A stretch of 64,000 nt of DNA from Chitinophaga pinensis (GTDB lineage: Bacteria; Verrucomicrobiota; Verrucomicrobiia; Limisphaerales; JAEYXS01), in contig CALRJY020000029.1 of NCBI GenBank assembly GCA_943367715.1, positions 41 to 64,040 of the forward strand, in the 5' to 3' direction. The position numbers and the translations under genes were made by a program. The stretch's first letter is position 1; each line of letters starts with the position of its first letter. The notes under the pieces were generated by a model that did not search any database, was not told the origin of the DNA, and was given only the letters and a program-made list of their open reading frames with translations. Of the stretch, positions 54,343 through 62,818 are shown one piece after another.

Positions 54343-54795
54343 ATGCCACAATCACTGAGCATGGTTGTCCTCCATGTGATCTTCAGCACCAAGGACCGGC
54401 AACAATTCATCGGAACGGATCTCCGCCCCCGTCTGCATGCCTACCTCGCCACCATCGCCCGCGATACAGGTTGTGAATCCTATCGCGTCGGTGGCGTCGC
54501 CGATCACGTCCATCTGGCCATCCGGTTATCCCGTACCCTCACTATTGCCGATCTCATCGAGAACCTGAAAACCACATCCACTAAATGGGTGAGAGTGCAA
54601 TCCGCCGATCTCTCGACCTTTGCCTGGCAACCCGGCTATGCTTGCTTCTCCGTCGGCCCCACCGATCTGGACGCCCTCTGCACCTACATCGACAAGCAAG
54701 AGGAACACCACCGCACCCGCACCTTTCAAGACGAGTTCCGCATGTTCCTCAAAAAATACGGCGTCGATTATGACGAAGCCTACGTCTGGGATTAA
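54343..54795 (+). CDS. IS200/IS605-family-like Y1 (HUH) transposase, RAYT-like
   Basis: 150 aa. LHVIFSTKDR N-terminus, HUH motif (ADHVHLAI), catalytic Tyr motif YIDKQEEHH. No TnpB partner is present. Confidence 0.75.
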   Translation: MPQSLSMVVLHVIFSTKDRQQFIGTDLRPRLHAYLATIARDTGCESYRVGGVADHVHLAIRLSRTLTIADLIENLKTTSTKWVRVQSADLSTFAWQPGYACFSVGPTDLDALCTYIDKQEEHHRTRTFQDEFRMFLKKYGVDYDEAYVWD

Positions 54796-54895
54796 CCGAC
54801 CAAACGGATTGTGAATGACCGCCAACCGAAGTGATTCCGTTCCAATCCCCTAAAAGTGGGCGCAGCCCACGCTTGCCTCCGAGCACCAACGGTGC

Positions 54896-55095
54896 GGCCT
54901 CATACCAGCCTAGGCCAACGGCCTAGGTAATGGCCTCCCGCACCATAAGGGCTGAAAGCCCGATTCATGCACCCACGCGCCCAATCATTCCATACCGCCA
55001 CCCATTCTACCCGCACGGTGCATGAATCGCACTTTCAGTGCTTCTGCTTCTCTCCGGACTAATCCTAGGCCGTTGGCCTAGGCTGGTATGAGGCC
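54896..55095. repeat. 200-bp nested palindromic (REP-like) element next to the Y1 transposase
   Basis: Perfect 32-bp inverted repeat: ggcctcataccagcctaggccaacggcctagg (54896-54927) and cctaggccgttggcctaggctggtatgaggcc (55064-55095). Each arm contains its own cctaggcc-N3-ggcctagg hairpin. The inner imperfect inverted repeat is ctgaaagcccgattcatgcacc / ggtgcatgaatcgcactttcag. Confidence 0.8.
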
Positions 55096-55319
55096 GGGCC
55101 TTTGGCCCTCATAGAGACGCCGGAGGCATCGACGCTACGCCCCAAACCCTTTTCCCTATCCCCTCCCCTTGATCCACCGTCTAGCTACGTCCCCAAACCC
55201 CGAAATTTATCTCTGTCCCCCCGTCCCCCAATCCGTTACAAAGGGGGCTGGACGCTCGTTTCCAGAGGTTGTCCAAATCCCCCATTTTGACGGGATCATT
55301 TACTTAATTTGTTTGTGTC

Positions 55320-56930
55320 ATGCTGACGATTCGTAATCTGAAGAAGGGTTTTGGTGGTCGCACTTTGTTCGAGGGTGCGAACATGCAGATCAATTATGGT
55401 GACCGTGTGGTGCTCGTGGGCCCTAACGGCGCGGGCAAGTCCACGTTGTTCTCGCTCATCTTGAAAAAGGATGAGCCGGACGAAGGCGAAGTGACGCGCG
55501 ATGAGTGGACGACGGTGGGCTTCCTGCCGCAGGAGAGCGAGCCGGTGGGGAACGAGACGGTGATTGAGGTGGCGACGGGGCGCGCGGGCGAGATGGAGAA
55601 GCTGGAGAAGACGCTGCATGAGCTGGAGAAGGCGGGCACGGTGGATATCCCGGAATACTTCGAGGCGCAGAGCAAGTTCGATGCGTTGAACAATCCGGAG
55701 TTCGAGGCGCGCGCGAAACGCATCCTGGTGGGGATGGGTTACAAGCAGACGGATTTCGACCGGCCGGCACGCGAGATGAGCGGTGGCTGGATCATGCGGG
55801 CGCACTTGGCGCGGCTGCTGGTGATGGAGCCGGATCTCTTGATGCTGGACGAGCCGACGAATCATTTGGACCTGATGGCGCTCTTGTGGTTGCAGGATTA
55901 TCTGAAGGGTTTCCCGGGCGCGCTGCTGATGATCTCGCATGATCGCCAGTTCATGGATGAGTTGTGCAAGAACATCTTCGAGATCAATGAAGCGAAGTTG
56001 ATCGCGTACACGGGGAATTACACGGATTACCTACGGCAACGGGAGGAGAATTACGAGAACCAGCTCGCAGCGTACAAGAATCAGCAGAAGGAGATCGCGA
56101 ACTTGCAGGAGTTCGTGAGCCGGTTCCGCTCGGTGGCGTCGAAGGCGTCGCAGGCGATGAGCAAGCTCAAGGCGATCGAGCGCATGGAGCTGATCGAGAA
56201 GCCGAAGCAGCCGCGCAAGCCGTTCCGGTTCCAATTCCCGCAACCGCAACGCGGCGGTCAGCGGGCGATCTCGCTGGAGAACGTCCACATGGCCTACGGG
56301 AGTCATGTGGTGTATCGCGGACTCGATCTGACGGTGGAACGCGGCGAACGCACGGTGCTCGTGGGACCGAATGGCGCCGGCAAATCGACGCTCCTAAAAA
56401 TCCTCGCGGGCGAGGTGCCCTTCCAACAGGGCGTGCGTGACCTCGGTCACAATGCGAAGATCGGTTACTTCAGCCAGCATCGCTCGGCCACGCTGGACCC
56501 GAACAACAGTGTGCTGGAGGAGATCATGGCGGCCGCCCCGGCCCTCGGGGAAGAGGAGGCGCGCGGTATCTTGGGCTCGTTCATGTTCCGCAAGGAAGAG
56601 ATCTTCAAGAAGACGGCAGTGCTGAGCGGCGGCGAGAAGAGCCGGTTGAACCTGGTGAAATTCCTCGTGGATCCGCCAAACCTCCTGCTGATGGATGAGC
56701 CGACGACGCATTTGGACATCCTGACGGTGGAATCGCTGATCCTCGCGCTCGAGAAGTATGAGGGCACACTGGTCTTCATCTCGCATGATGTGCGCTTCAT
56801 CCGCAAGCTGGCGGCGAAGGTGCTCCACATCAATAACGGCCAGGTGACGCCGTACGTGGGCAACTTCGACTACTATCTGGAGAAGACCGGTGCCGAGGGC
56901 AATGCCCGGGCGGCGTTGACGGCAGGTTGA
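55320..56930 (+). CDS. ABC-F family ATPase (translation-factor type, no TM domain)
   Basis: Two Walker A motifs (GPNGAGKST twice), two signature motifs (MSGGW.., LSGGEKSRL), and a charged inter-domain linker. Confidence 0.85.
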   Translation: MLTIRNLKKGFGGRTLFEGANMQINYGDRVVLVGPNGAGKSTLFSLILKKDEPDEGEVTRDEWTTVGFLPQESEPVGNETVIEVATGRAGEMEKLEKTLHELEKAGTVDIPEYFEAQSKFDALNNPEFEARAKRILVGMGYKQTDFDRPAREMSGGWIMRAHLARLLVMEPDLLMLDEPTNHLDLMALLWLQDYLKGFPGALLMISHDRQFMDELCKNIFEINEAKLIAYTGNYTDYLRQREENYENQLAAYKNQQKEIANLQEFVSRFRSVASKASQAMSKLKAIERMELIEKPKQPRKPFRFQFPQPQRGGQRAISLENVHMAYGSHVVYRGLDLTVERGERTVLVGPNGAGKSTLLKILAGEVPFQQGVRDLGHNAKIGYFSQHRSATLDPNNSVLEEIMAAAPALGEEEARGILGSFMFRKEEIFKKTAVLSGGEKSRLNLVKFLVDPPNLLLMDEPTTHLDILTVESLILALEKYEGTLVFISHDVRFIRKLAAKVLHINNGQVTPYVGNFDYYLEKTGAEGNARAALTAG

Positions 56931-57272
56931 TTTCAGCAGGGCGTCAAGCCGGGAGATGGTCAAAGTTGACGTAGCCAGCTGCTCTTGGGCGGCTGAGAAC
57001 GCACGCGCCCGATTCATTGTAAGCCCTTTCATTTAGCGAAGTTAAGTAGGTTTTCACCCCAGCAACCCCATTAGCTTTTCCCACCCCGGGAGGAGCAAAA
57101 ATAATGGTTGCCTTTGGAATTGGAAAACCCCATGTTACGATTCCGTTATGTTAGATTGCTCAACGGTTCGAGAGCTGGTGAATCTTCAGGTGAACGAGTT
57201 TTCAGTGATGATTTGAAACCCGGCGGTCGGGAACGGTCTGCGACGAAGTGAGTATCTAATAACAAATCATCA

Positions 57273-57704
57273 ATGAGTACTAAGTTGTTCGTAGGAAATC
57301 TTTCCTTCAACACGATCGAAAACGATCTCCATGACCTGTTCGCTGCTCATGGCGGCGTGATCGAGGTCAACCTGATGGTGGACAAGTTCACGGGCCGTCC
57401 CCGTGGCTTCGCCTTCGTCACCATGGAATCCCCGGAAGCGGCTGAAGCTGCGATCCAGGCCCTGCACGGCAAGAATTTCGACGGTCGCGACCTGACCGTG
57501 AACATCGCCCGCCCGCGTGAAGAGCGTCCTCCGGGCGGCGGCGGTGGTGGTGGTTTCCGCGGCGGTGGCGGTGGTGAACGCCGTGGTGGCGGCGGCGGCG
57601 GATACGGTGGTGGCGGCGAACGCCGTGGCGGTGGTGGCGGCGGATACGGTGGTGGCGGCGAACGCCGTGGCGGTGGCGGCGGCGACCGTGGTGGCCGCTA
57701 CTAA
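57273..57704 (+). CDS. RRM-type RNA-binding protein with Gly/Arg-rich tail
   Basis: RNP2 KLFVGNLSF and RNP1 RGFAFVTM. C-terminal ([14 protein letters not shown])x3-like repeats. Confidence 0.9.
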   Translation: MSTKLFVGNLSFNTIENDLHDLFAAHGGVIEVNLMVDKFTGRPRGFAFVTMESPEAAEAAIQALHGKNFDGRDLTVNIARPREERPPGGGGGGGFRGGGGGERRGGGGGGYGGGGERRGGGGGGYGGGGERRGGGGGDRGGRY

Positions 57705-57732
57705 TTGACGCCGATCAATTAGCGTTTTCACG

Positions 57733-57777
57733 GGTGTGGGGCGCCGTTCTAAAGCGCTCCACACCTTTTGTTTTTTG
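57733..57777 (+). terminator. rho-independent terminator after the RRM gene
   Basis: 12-bp stem ggtgtggggcgc / gcgctccacacc (one G-U pair), 9-nt loop, then ttttgtttttt. Confidence 0.65.
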
Positions 57778-57826
57778 GTTTAACGAAATCAGCAGCAAAT
57801 AACAGCGTAAGAAAGACCTGTTTCAA

Positions 57827-58048
57827 GTGGAAGAGCCCATCACAGTAGAAGGCAGCATATTGACCGTTTTGCCCGGCACGATGTTCCGGGTGAAGCTCGA
57901 CAACAATCACGAAGTCCTCGCCCATATCTCCGGCAAGATGCGGAAACATTTCGTCCGCCTCACCATCGGTGACCGTGTGCGGATGGAGATGTCCCCCTAC
58001 GACCTGACTAAAGGCCGTATCGTTTTCCGTTTGCGGACCCAGTCATAA
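57827..58048 (+). CDS. infA: translation initiation factor IF-1
   Basis: 73 aa. [64 protein letters not shown] is canonical IF-1 (S1-like OB fold). Apparent GTG start. Confidence 0.9.
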   Translation: MEEPITVEGSILTVLPGTMFRVKLDNNHEVLAHISGKMRKHFVRLTIGDRVRMEMSPYDLTKGRIVFRLRTQS

Positions 58049-58066
58049 CCCGAACCTCATTTTACC

Positions 58067-58104
58067 CTCCAACCTCCCTCCGTGGCGGTTGGAGTTTTTG
58101 TTTT
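58067..58104 (+). terminator. rho-independent terminator after infA
   Basis: ctccaacc-N12-ggttggag stem-loop followed by tttttgtttt. Confidence 0.6.
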
Positions 58105-58176
58105 GGGATTTGTCATTTCCATTACTTTTCCCATTGCAATCTTGGCGGACTCAATGCAAGTTCCGTTCCTCTGGTT

Positions 58177-58254
58177 CGGGGCGTAGCGTAGCTTGGCTAG
58201 CGCGCTTGTTTCGGGTACAAGAGGTCGTGAGTTCAAATCTCACCGCCCCGACCA
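58177..58254 (+). tRNA. tRNA-Pro (anticodon CGG)
   Basis: Manual cloverleaf. Acceptor cggggcg/cgccccg. D arm gcgt-agcttggcta-gcgc. Anticodon arm cttgt-ttCGGgt-acaag. Variable loop aggtc. T arm gtgag-ttcaaat-ctcac. Discriminator A and encoded CCA. Confidence 0.85.
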
Positions 58255-58270
58255 TTTCCCTTCTTTATCC

Positions 58271-61126
58271 ATGATGCAGTCTACCAACAGGTTGCTTCGT
58301 TCCTTGGTTCACCTCGCCTTGATAAGCACGTTTCTGCCCGCGCTTACCGCCGCCGAGTTTTTACCCCCGGGACATCGCCCAAAAGCACTGGGCATCCACG
58401 CGCTGACGAATGCCACCATCATTCCCCAGCCTGGACAATCCCTGAACAACGCCACCGTGGTCATTCGGAATGGCAAGATCGAGGCCGTGGGGAAGGACGT
58501 CGCCATCCCCGCCGATGCCCGTGTCCATGACCTCACCGGCTGCACCATTTACGCCGGATTCATCGATGCCGCCCTCGCCTTGGGCACCAACAGTGGTGCG
58601 TCCCTCGATACCAGCGGTTCAGAACCCATCCGTTTCGCCTCCGGTAACATCAATTTCTTCGGCGTGCCCGGCGAAGAAAAAGACCCCGGCACCGCGGGCC
58701 CCGGTTACGAACTGAAACGCATCACGCCTGAGTTCCGCGTCGCCGCCACCTATCGCCCGAATGCCAAGGTGTTCGAGACGATGCGCGACCTCGGCTTCAC
58801 GGCCGGTAACGTGATCCCCAATGGCGGCATCATCCAAGGCACCAGCGCGTTCGTGCAATTGAACGATGCCAACCCCAACGATGCCGTTCTCCGCGCGAAT
58901 GTCTTCCAACACATCGTCTTCGATCCCACCACGAAAGATGACAGCTACCCCGGCTCCCTCATGGGCGTCATCTCCGCCGTGCGCCAAACCTTCTTTGACG
59001 CCCAGTATTACGCCTCGGTGAAAGCCGCGCCAGACAAGGCCCGCCTAGAATTCAACCCCGCCCTCGAAGCTCTTCAGCCCGTTCTGAAGCAGGACCTTTC
59101 CGTCTGGTTCGAACCCGGCAGCGTCCTGATGGTCGATCGCGCTACGCAGGTCGCCCGTGAACTAAAGCTGAAATTCGTCATCTACTCCAGCGGCCAGGAA
59201 TGGCGCCGCCCGGAACTCGCTGCCGCCACCGGCGCGAGCTTCATCGTCCCTTTGAATTTCCCCGCCGCTCCCAAGCTCCCCACCGATGATGACTGGCTTG
59301 ATGTCAGTCTCGATCAACTCCGTGTCTGGGACTGGGCCGCTGAAAATCCCGCCGTGCTGCGCCAGCAAGGCCGCGACATCGCTCTCACTACCCGTGAACT
59401 CGCCGAGAAAAAAGATTTCCGTAAGAACACCAAGCTCGCCCTGCTTCGCGGCCTTTCCACTGACGACGCCCTTGCCGCCCTCACCACCATTCCTGCAAAA
59501 CTGTGCGGTGTAGATGGCCAGCTCGGCACTATCACGGCAGGCAAGCTCGCGAATCTCACCATCGTGAAGGGCGCCAGCTACTTCAATCCCGAAGACCCCG
59601 TGCAGGAAGTCTGGATCGAAGGCGAACGCTTCAGTGCCAGCGAAAAATCCAAAGAGGCCGAGAAGAAAAAGGATGACGCGAAAGAGAAAGAAAAAAAGGA
59701 CAAGGAGCCCAAGGGCGAAGACCTGAAGCGCACCGCTCGCGCACCCTTGGAAGACCGCCAGGTGCTCGCCACGCCCAAGTTCGTCCTCATCCACAGCGCG
59801 ACCATCTGGACCTCGGGTCCACAAGGCATCCTCACCAACGCCTCACTCTTGGTAAGTGACGGAAAGATTCAAGCGGTCGGTGTCTTCAAGGCCGAACTCA
59901 GCGCCGACACGCAAGTCATCGATGCTCAAGGCAAGCACATCACCGCGGGTCTCATTGATGCCCACAGCCACAGCATGATCCTCGGTGATGTGAATGAATC
60001 CACCCTGCCCTCCACCGCCATGGTGCGCATCGCCGACGTGGTAAATTCCGAGACCGAGAACATCTACAAACAACTCGCCGGCGGCCTGACCGTAGCGAAT
60101 CTCCTGCACGGTTCTGCCAATCCCATCGGCGGCCAAAACCAGATCATCAAGCTCAAACAAGGCGCCGCGCCCGAAGACCTGAAATTTCCCGATGCGCCGA
60201 AAGGCATCAAATTCGCCCTCGGCGAAAACGTGAAACAATCCAACTGGGGCGAGAAACAGGTGAAACGCTTCCCGCAATCCCGCATGGGCGTGCCCACTTT
60301 CATGGCCAATCGCTTCCTCGCCGCCCAGCAGTATTTGGCCTCATGGGATACTTTTCGTCGCGATGGTGGCCTGACCCCGAAACGCAATCTGGAACTCGAA
60401 GCCATCGGCGAGATTCTCAATGGCCAGCGCTGGATCCACTGCCACTCCTATCGTCAGGACGAAATCCTCGCCTTCTTGCGCGTGATGGAATCGTTCAAGG
60501 TCAAGGTCGGCACTCTCCAACACGTCCTCGAGGGCTACAAGGTCGCCGATGAGATTGCCAAACATGGTGCCGGCGGCTCCTGCTTCTCAGATTGGTGGGG
60601 TTACAAATTTGAAGTCTACGATGCCATTCCCCACGCAGGCAGCCTGATGCGTGACCGCGGCGTGCTCGTCTCGTTCAACTCCGATTCTTCCGATCTCGCC
60701 CGCCGCATGAATCTGGAAGCTGCGAAAGCCGTGAAGTATGGCAACACACCGGAAATCGAAGCGCTGAACTTCGTCACCATCAATCCCGCCAAACAACTGC
60801 GCATCGATAAACGCGTTGGCTCGCTGGAAGTGGGTAAGGACGCGGATTTCGCGCTCTGGTCCAAGTCCCCGCTCGACGATACCACAGTCTGCTTAGAAAC
60901 TTGGATTGAGGGCAAAAAGTATTTCGACCGCTCTCTCGATGCCACCCGCACCGACAAACTCGTGAAAGAACGCGACGCGCTCATAGCAAAAGCGAAGAAA
61001 CTCGGCGGCGACAAGAAAGACTCGGACAGCGCCCGTGCCGCCTTCTTCCGCCGCGCCTTGGAAACCGCCAAAGAACTTGAACCCGTCCACTGCCTCGACT
61101 GCACCAAGATCGGAGGCCAACCGTGA
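58271..61126 (+). CDS. secreted large amidohydrolase-family protein (two-lobed, with Lys/Glu-rich internal linker)
   Basis: Start at MMQSTNRLLRSLVHLALISTFLPALTAAEF. The ORF track start at 58193 overlaps the tRNA. Motifs: VVIRNGKIEAVG, GFIDAA.., GLIDAHSH (metal-binding HxH), DADFALW. Confidence 0.75.
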   Translation: MMQSTNRLLRSLVHLALISTFLPALTAAEFLPPGHRPKALGIHALTNATIIPQPGQSLNNATVVIRNGKIEAVGKDVAIPADARVHDLTGCTIYAGFIDAALALGTNSGASLDTSGSEPIRFASGNINFFGVPGEEKDPGTAGPGYELKRITPEFRVAATYRPNAKVFETMRDLGFTAGNVIPNGGIIQGTSAFVQLNDANPNDAVLRANVFQHIVFDPTTKDDSYPGSLMGVISAVRQTFFDAQYYASVKAAPDKARLEFNPALEALQPVLKQDLSVWFEPGSVLMVDRATQVARELKLKFVIYSSGQEWRRPELAAATGASFIVPLNFPAAPKLPTDDDWLDVSLDQLRVWDWAAENPAVLRQQGRDIALTTRELAEKKDFRKNTKLALLRGLSTDDALAALTTIPAKLCGVDGQLGTITAGKLANLTIVKGASYFNPEDPVQEVWIEGERFSASEKSKEAEKKKDDAKEKEKKDKEPKGEDLKRTARAPLEDRQVLATPKFVLIHSATIWTSGPQGILTNASLLVSDGKIQAVGVFKAELSADTQVIDAQGKHITAGLIDAHSHSMILGDVNESTLPSTAMVRIADVVNSETENIYKQLAGGLTVANLLHGSANPIGGQNQIIKLKQGAAPEDLKFPDAPKGIKFALGENVKQSNWGEKQVKRFPQSRMGVPTFMANRFLAAQQYLASWDTFRRDGGLTPKRNLELEAIGEILNGQRWIHCHSYRQDEILAFLRVMESFKVKVGTLQHVLEGYKVADEIAKHGAGGSCFSDWWGYKFEVYDAIPHAGSLMRDRGVLVSFNSDSSDLARRMNLEAAKAVKYGNTPEIEALNFVTINPAKQLRIDKRVGSLEVGKDADFALWSKSPLDDTTVCLETWIEGKKYFDRSLDATRTDKLVKERDALIAKAKKLGGDKKDSDSARAAFFRRALETAKELEPVHCLDCTKIGGQP

Positions 61127-62430
61127 AAAATATTTTGCGCTCAAGCTTCGCGTTGTTCGCTGCTTCGTTACTTTTCAGCTCCAACGCATTTGCCGAAACC
61201 CTCGTCCTGAAGAACGCCACCGTCCACACCGTCACCGGCGAAACCCTTTCCCCCGGCAACGTCGTCGTGACCGATGGCAAGATCACCGCCGTCAGCAAAG
61301 ATGCCACCGCCGCGGGCGCTAAAGTCATCGACCTCACCGGCCTGCACCTTTATCCCGGCCTGATCCTTCCCGCCAGTTCGCTGGGACTTACAGAAATCAA
61401 CGCCGTGCGCGCTACACAAGACACCACAGAAGTCGGCTCCTTCACGCCTGATGTGAAAGCCTGGCTCGCCGTAAATCCCGATTCCGAGCTGCTGCCCGTC
61501 GCTCGCGCCAACGGCATCACGCACTTCAATGTCGCTCCCATCGGCGGTGTTGTCGCCGGTTATTCCGGCCTCATGCAGATGACCGGTTGGACCATTGAGA
61601 GCATGGCCATCCGAACGCCCGCCGGTTTGCATCTCTACTGGCCGCAGATGGGCTTGAACGTGCGCCCGAAAGAGTTCACTGCCGACCGCAGCAAATGGAA
61701 ATCGCCGGAGGACCAGGCCAAGGAACGCGATAAAAAGCTGAAGGAGATCGATGATTTCTTCGATGACGCCGAAGCCTATCGCAAAGCCCGCTCTTTGGCG
61801 GACAAGACGAAGTCTCCCCTGCCCGTCCCCGCTTGGGAAGCCATGCTGCCGATGCTGGAAGGCAAGGCACCCATCTTCATCCATGCCGATGAAACCCGCC
61901 AGATCAAGGCCGCGCTCGCGTGGGCCGAGAAACGCAAATACTCCATCGTCATCGAAGGTGCCCGCGATGCCTGGCGCGTGGCGGATATTCTCGCGAAACA
62001 AAAAGTCCCCGTCATCTACGACCGCCTGAACGATCAACCGCCGCAAGACACCGACTCTTACGATGTGCAGTTCAAAGCGCCTGCCGTGTTGCAGAAAGCT
62101 GGTGTGAAAGTCCTCTTCAATGAAGGCATGGATTCCGGCAACGCCACCTTCGCCCGGAATCTCCCCCACTCCGCCGGTACGGCCATCGCGTATGGATTGC
62201 CCGAAGCAGAAGCCTTAAAGAGCATCACCCTCTATCCCGCGCAAGTGTTAGGCGTAGCCGACAGACTCGGCTCTATCGAAGCGGGTAAGGAAGCCTCCCT
62301 CATCGCCAGCAGCGGCCCCATCCTCGACATCCGCTCCACTGTGAAACATATGTGGATCAAAGGCAGCGAAGTGAGCCTCGAAAGCCGCCATACCAAGCTC
62401 TATGAGAAGTATAAGAGCCGGCCGAAATAA
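61123..62430 (+). CDS. secreted amidohydrolase-family protein
   Basis: GTGA overlap with the upstream gene. Signal peptide (SSFALFAASLLFSSNAFA). VVVTDGKITAVS and GSIEAGKEASLIA motifs are typical of imidazolonepropionase-like amidohydrolases. Confidence 0.7.
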   Translation: MKNILRSSFALFAASLLFSSNAFAETLVLKNATVHTVTGETLSPGNVVVTDGKITAVSKDATAAGAKVIDLTGLHLYPGLILPASSLGLTEINAVRATQDTTEVGSFTPDVKAWLAVNPDSELLPVARANGITHFNVAPIGGVVAGYSGLMQMTGWTIESMAIRTPAGLHLYWPQMGLNVRPKEFTADRSKWKSPEDQAKERDKKLKEIDDFFDDAEAYRKARSLADKTKSPLPVPAWEAMLPMLEGKAPIFIHADETRQIKAALAWAEKRKYSIVIEGARDAWRVADILAKQKVPVIYDRLNDQPPQDTDSYDVQFKAPAVLQKAGVKVLFNEGMDSGNATFARNLPHSAGTAIAYGLPEAEALKSITLYPAQVLGVADRLGSIEAGKEASLIASSGPILDIRSTVKHMWIKGSEVSLESRHTKLYEKYKSRPK

Positions 62431-62436
62431 CCTGTC

Positions 62437-62817
62437 TCATTTCCCGGTAGATTCAGCGAGCACCTCGCTGACCGTTTGCTGTAGCAGCTCGATGGAAAAA
62501 GGCTTTTTCAGGACCGCCTTTGCGCCCATTTGTTTGGCGATGGGCAGATAATTTTCCGGTCCGCTGCGACCGCCTCCGGACATGGCGATGATCTTGATCG
62601 CCTTGTTGGCTTTGCGCAGGGACATGATCAGTTCCAGCCCTTCCTTCTCGGGCATGATCAGATCGGTCAGCACCAGATCCACCTTTGCGGGATCATAAAG
62701 CCGCAGCGCTTCGTTGCCATTGGCCGCCCGGATCACCTGATGCCCTGCCCGGAGCAGCGCCTTTTCCAGCATACGTGCCAGCAACTCATCATCGTCCGCC
62801 ACCAATATTGTAGCCAT
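62437..62817 (-). CDS. single-domain response regulator (CheY-like receiver)
   Basis: 126 aa. ILVADDDELLARML...DLVLTDLIMPEKEGLE...KIIAMSG receiver motifs. Confidence 0.85.
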   Translation of the reverse strand: MATILVADDDELLARMLEKALLRAGHQVIRAANGNEALRLYDPAKVDLVLTDLIMPEKEGLELIMSLRKANKAIKIIAMSGGGRSGPENYLPIAKQMGAKAVLKKPFSIELLQQTVSEVLAESTGK

Positions 62818-62818
62818 G

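Noticed and set aside
57540-57700. G-rich tandem DNA repeat as a non-coding G-quadruplex or satellite element
   Set aside because: It is in-frame inside the RRM protein ORF and encodes its Gly/Arg/Tyr tail. The antisense and alternate-frame ORFs (57270..57764 -, 57517..57708 +) are artefacts of the repeat.
58193-58270. ORF-track start of the amidohydrolase at 58193
   Set aside because: This extension is read straight through the tRNA-Pro gene (58177..58254). The Met at 58271 is followed by a proper signal peptide.
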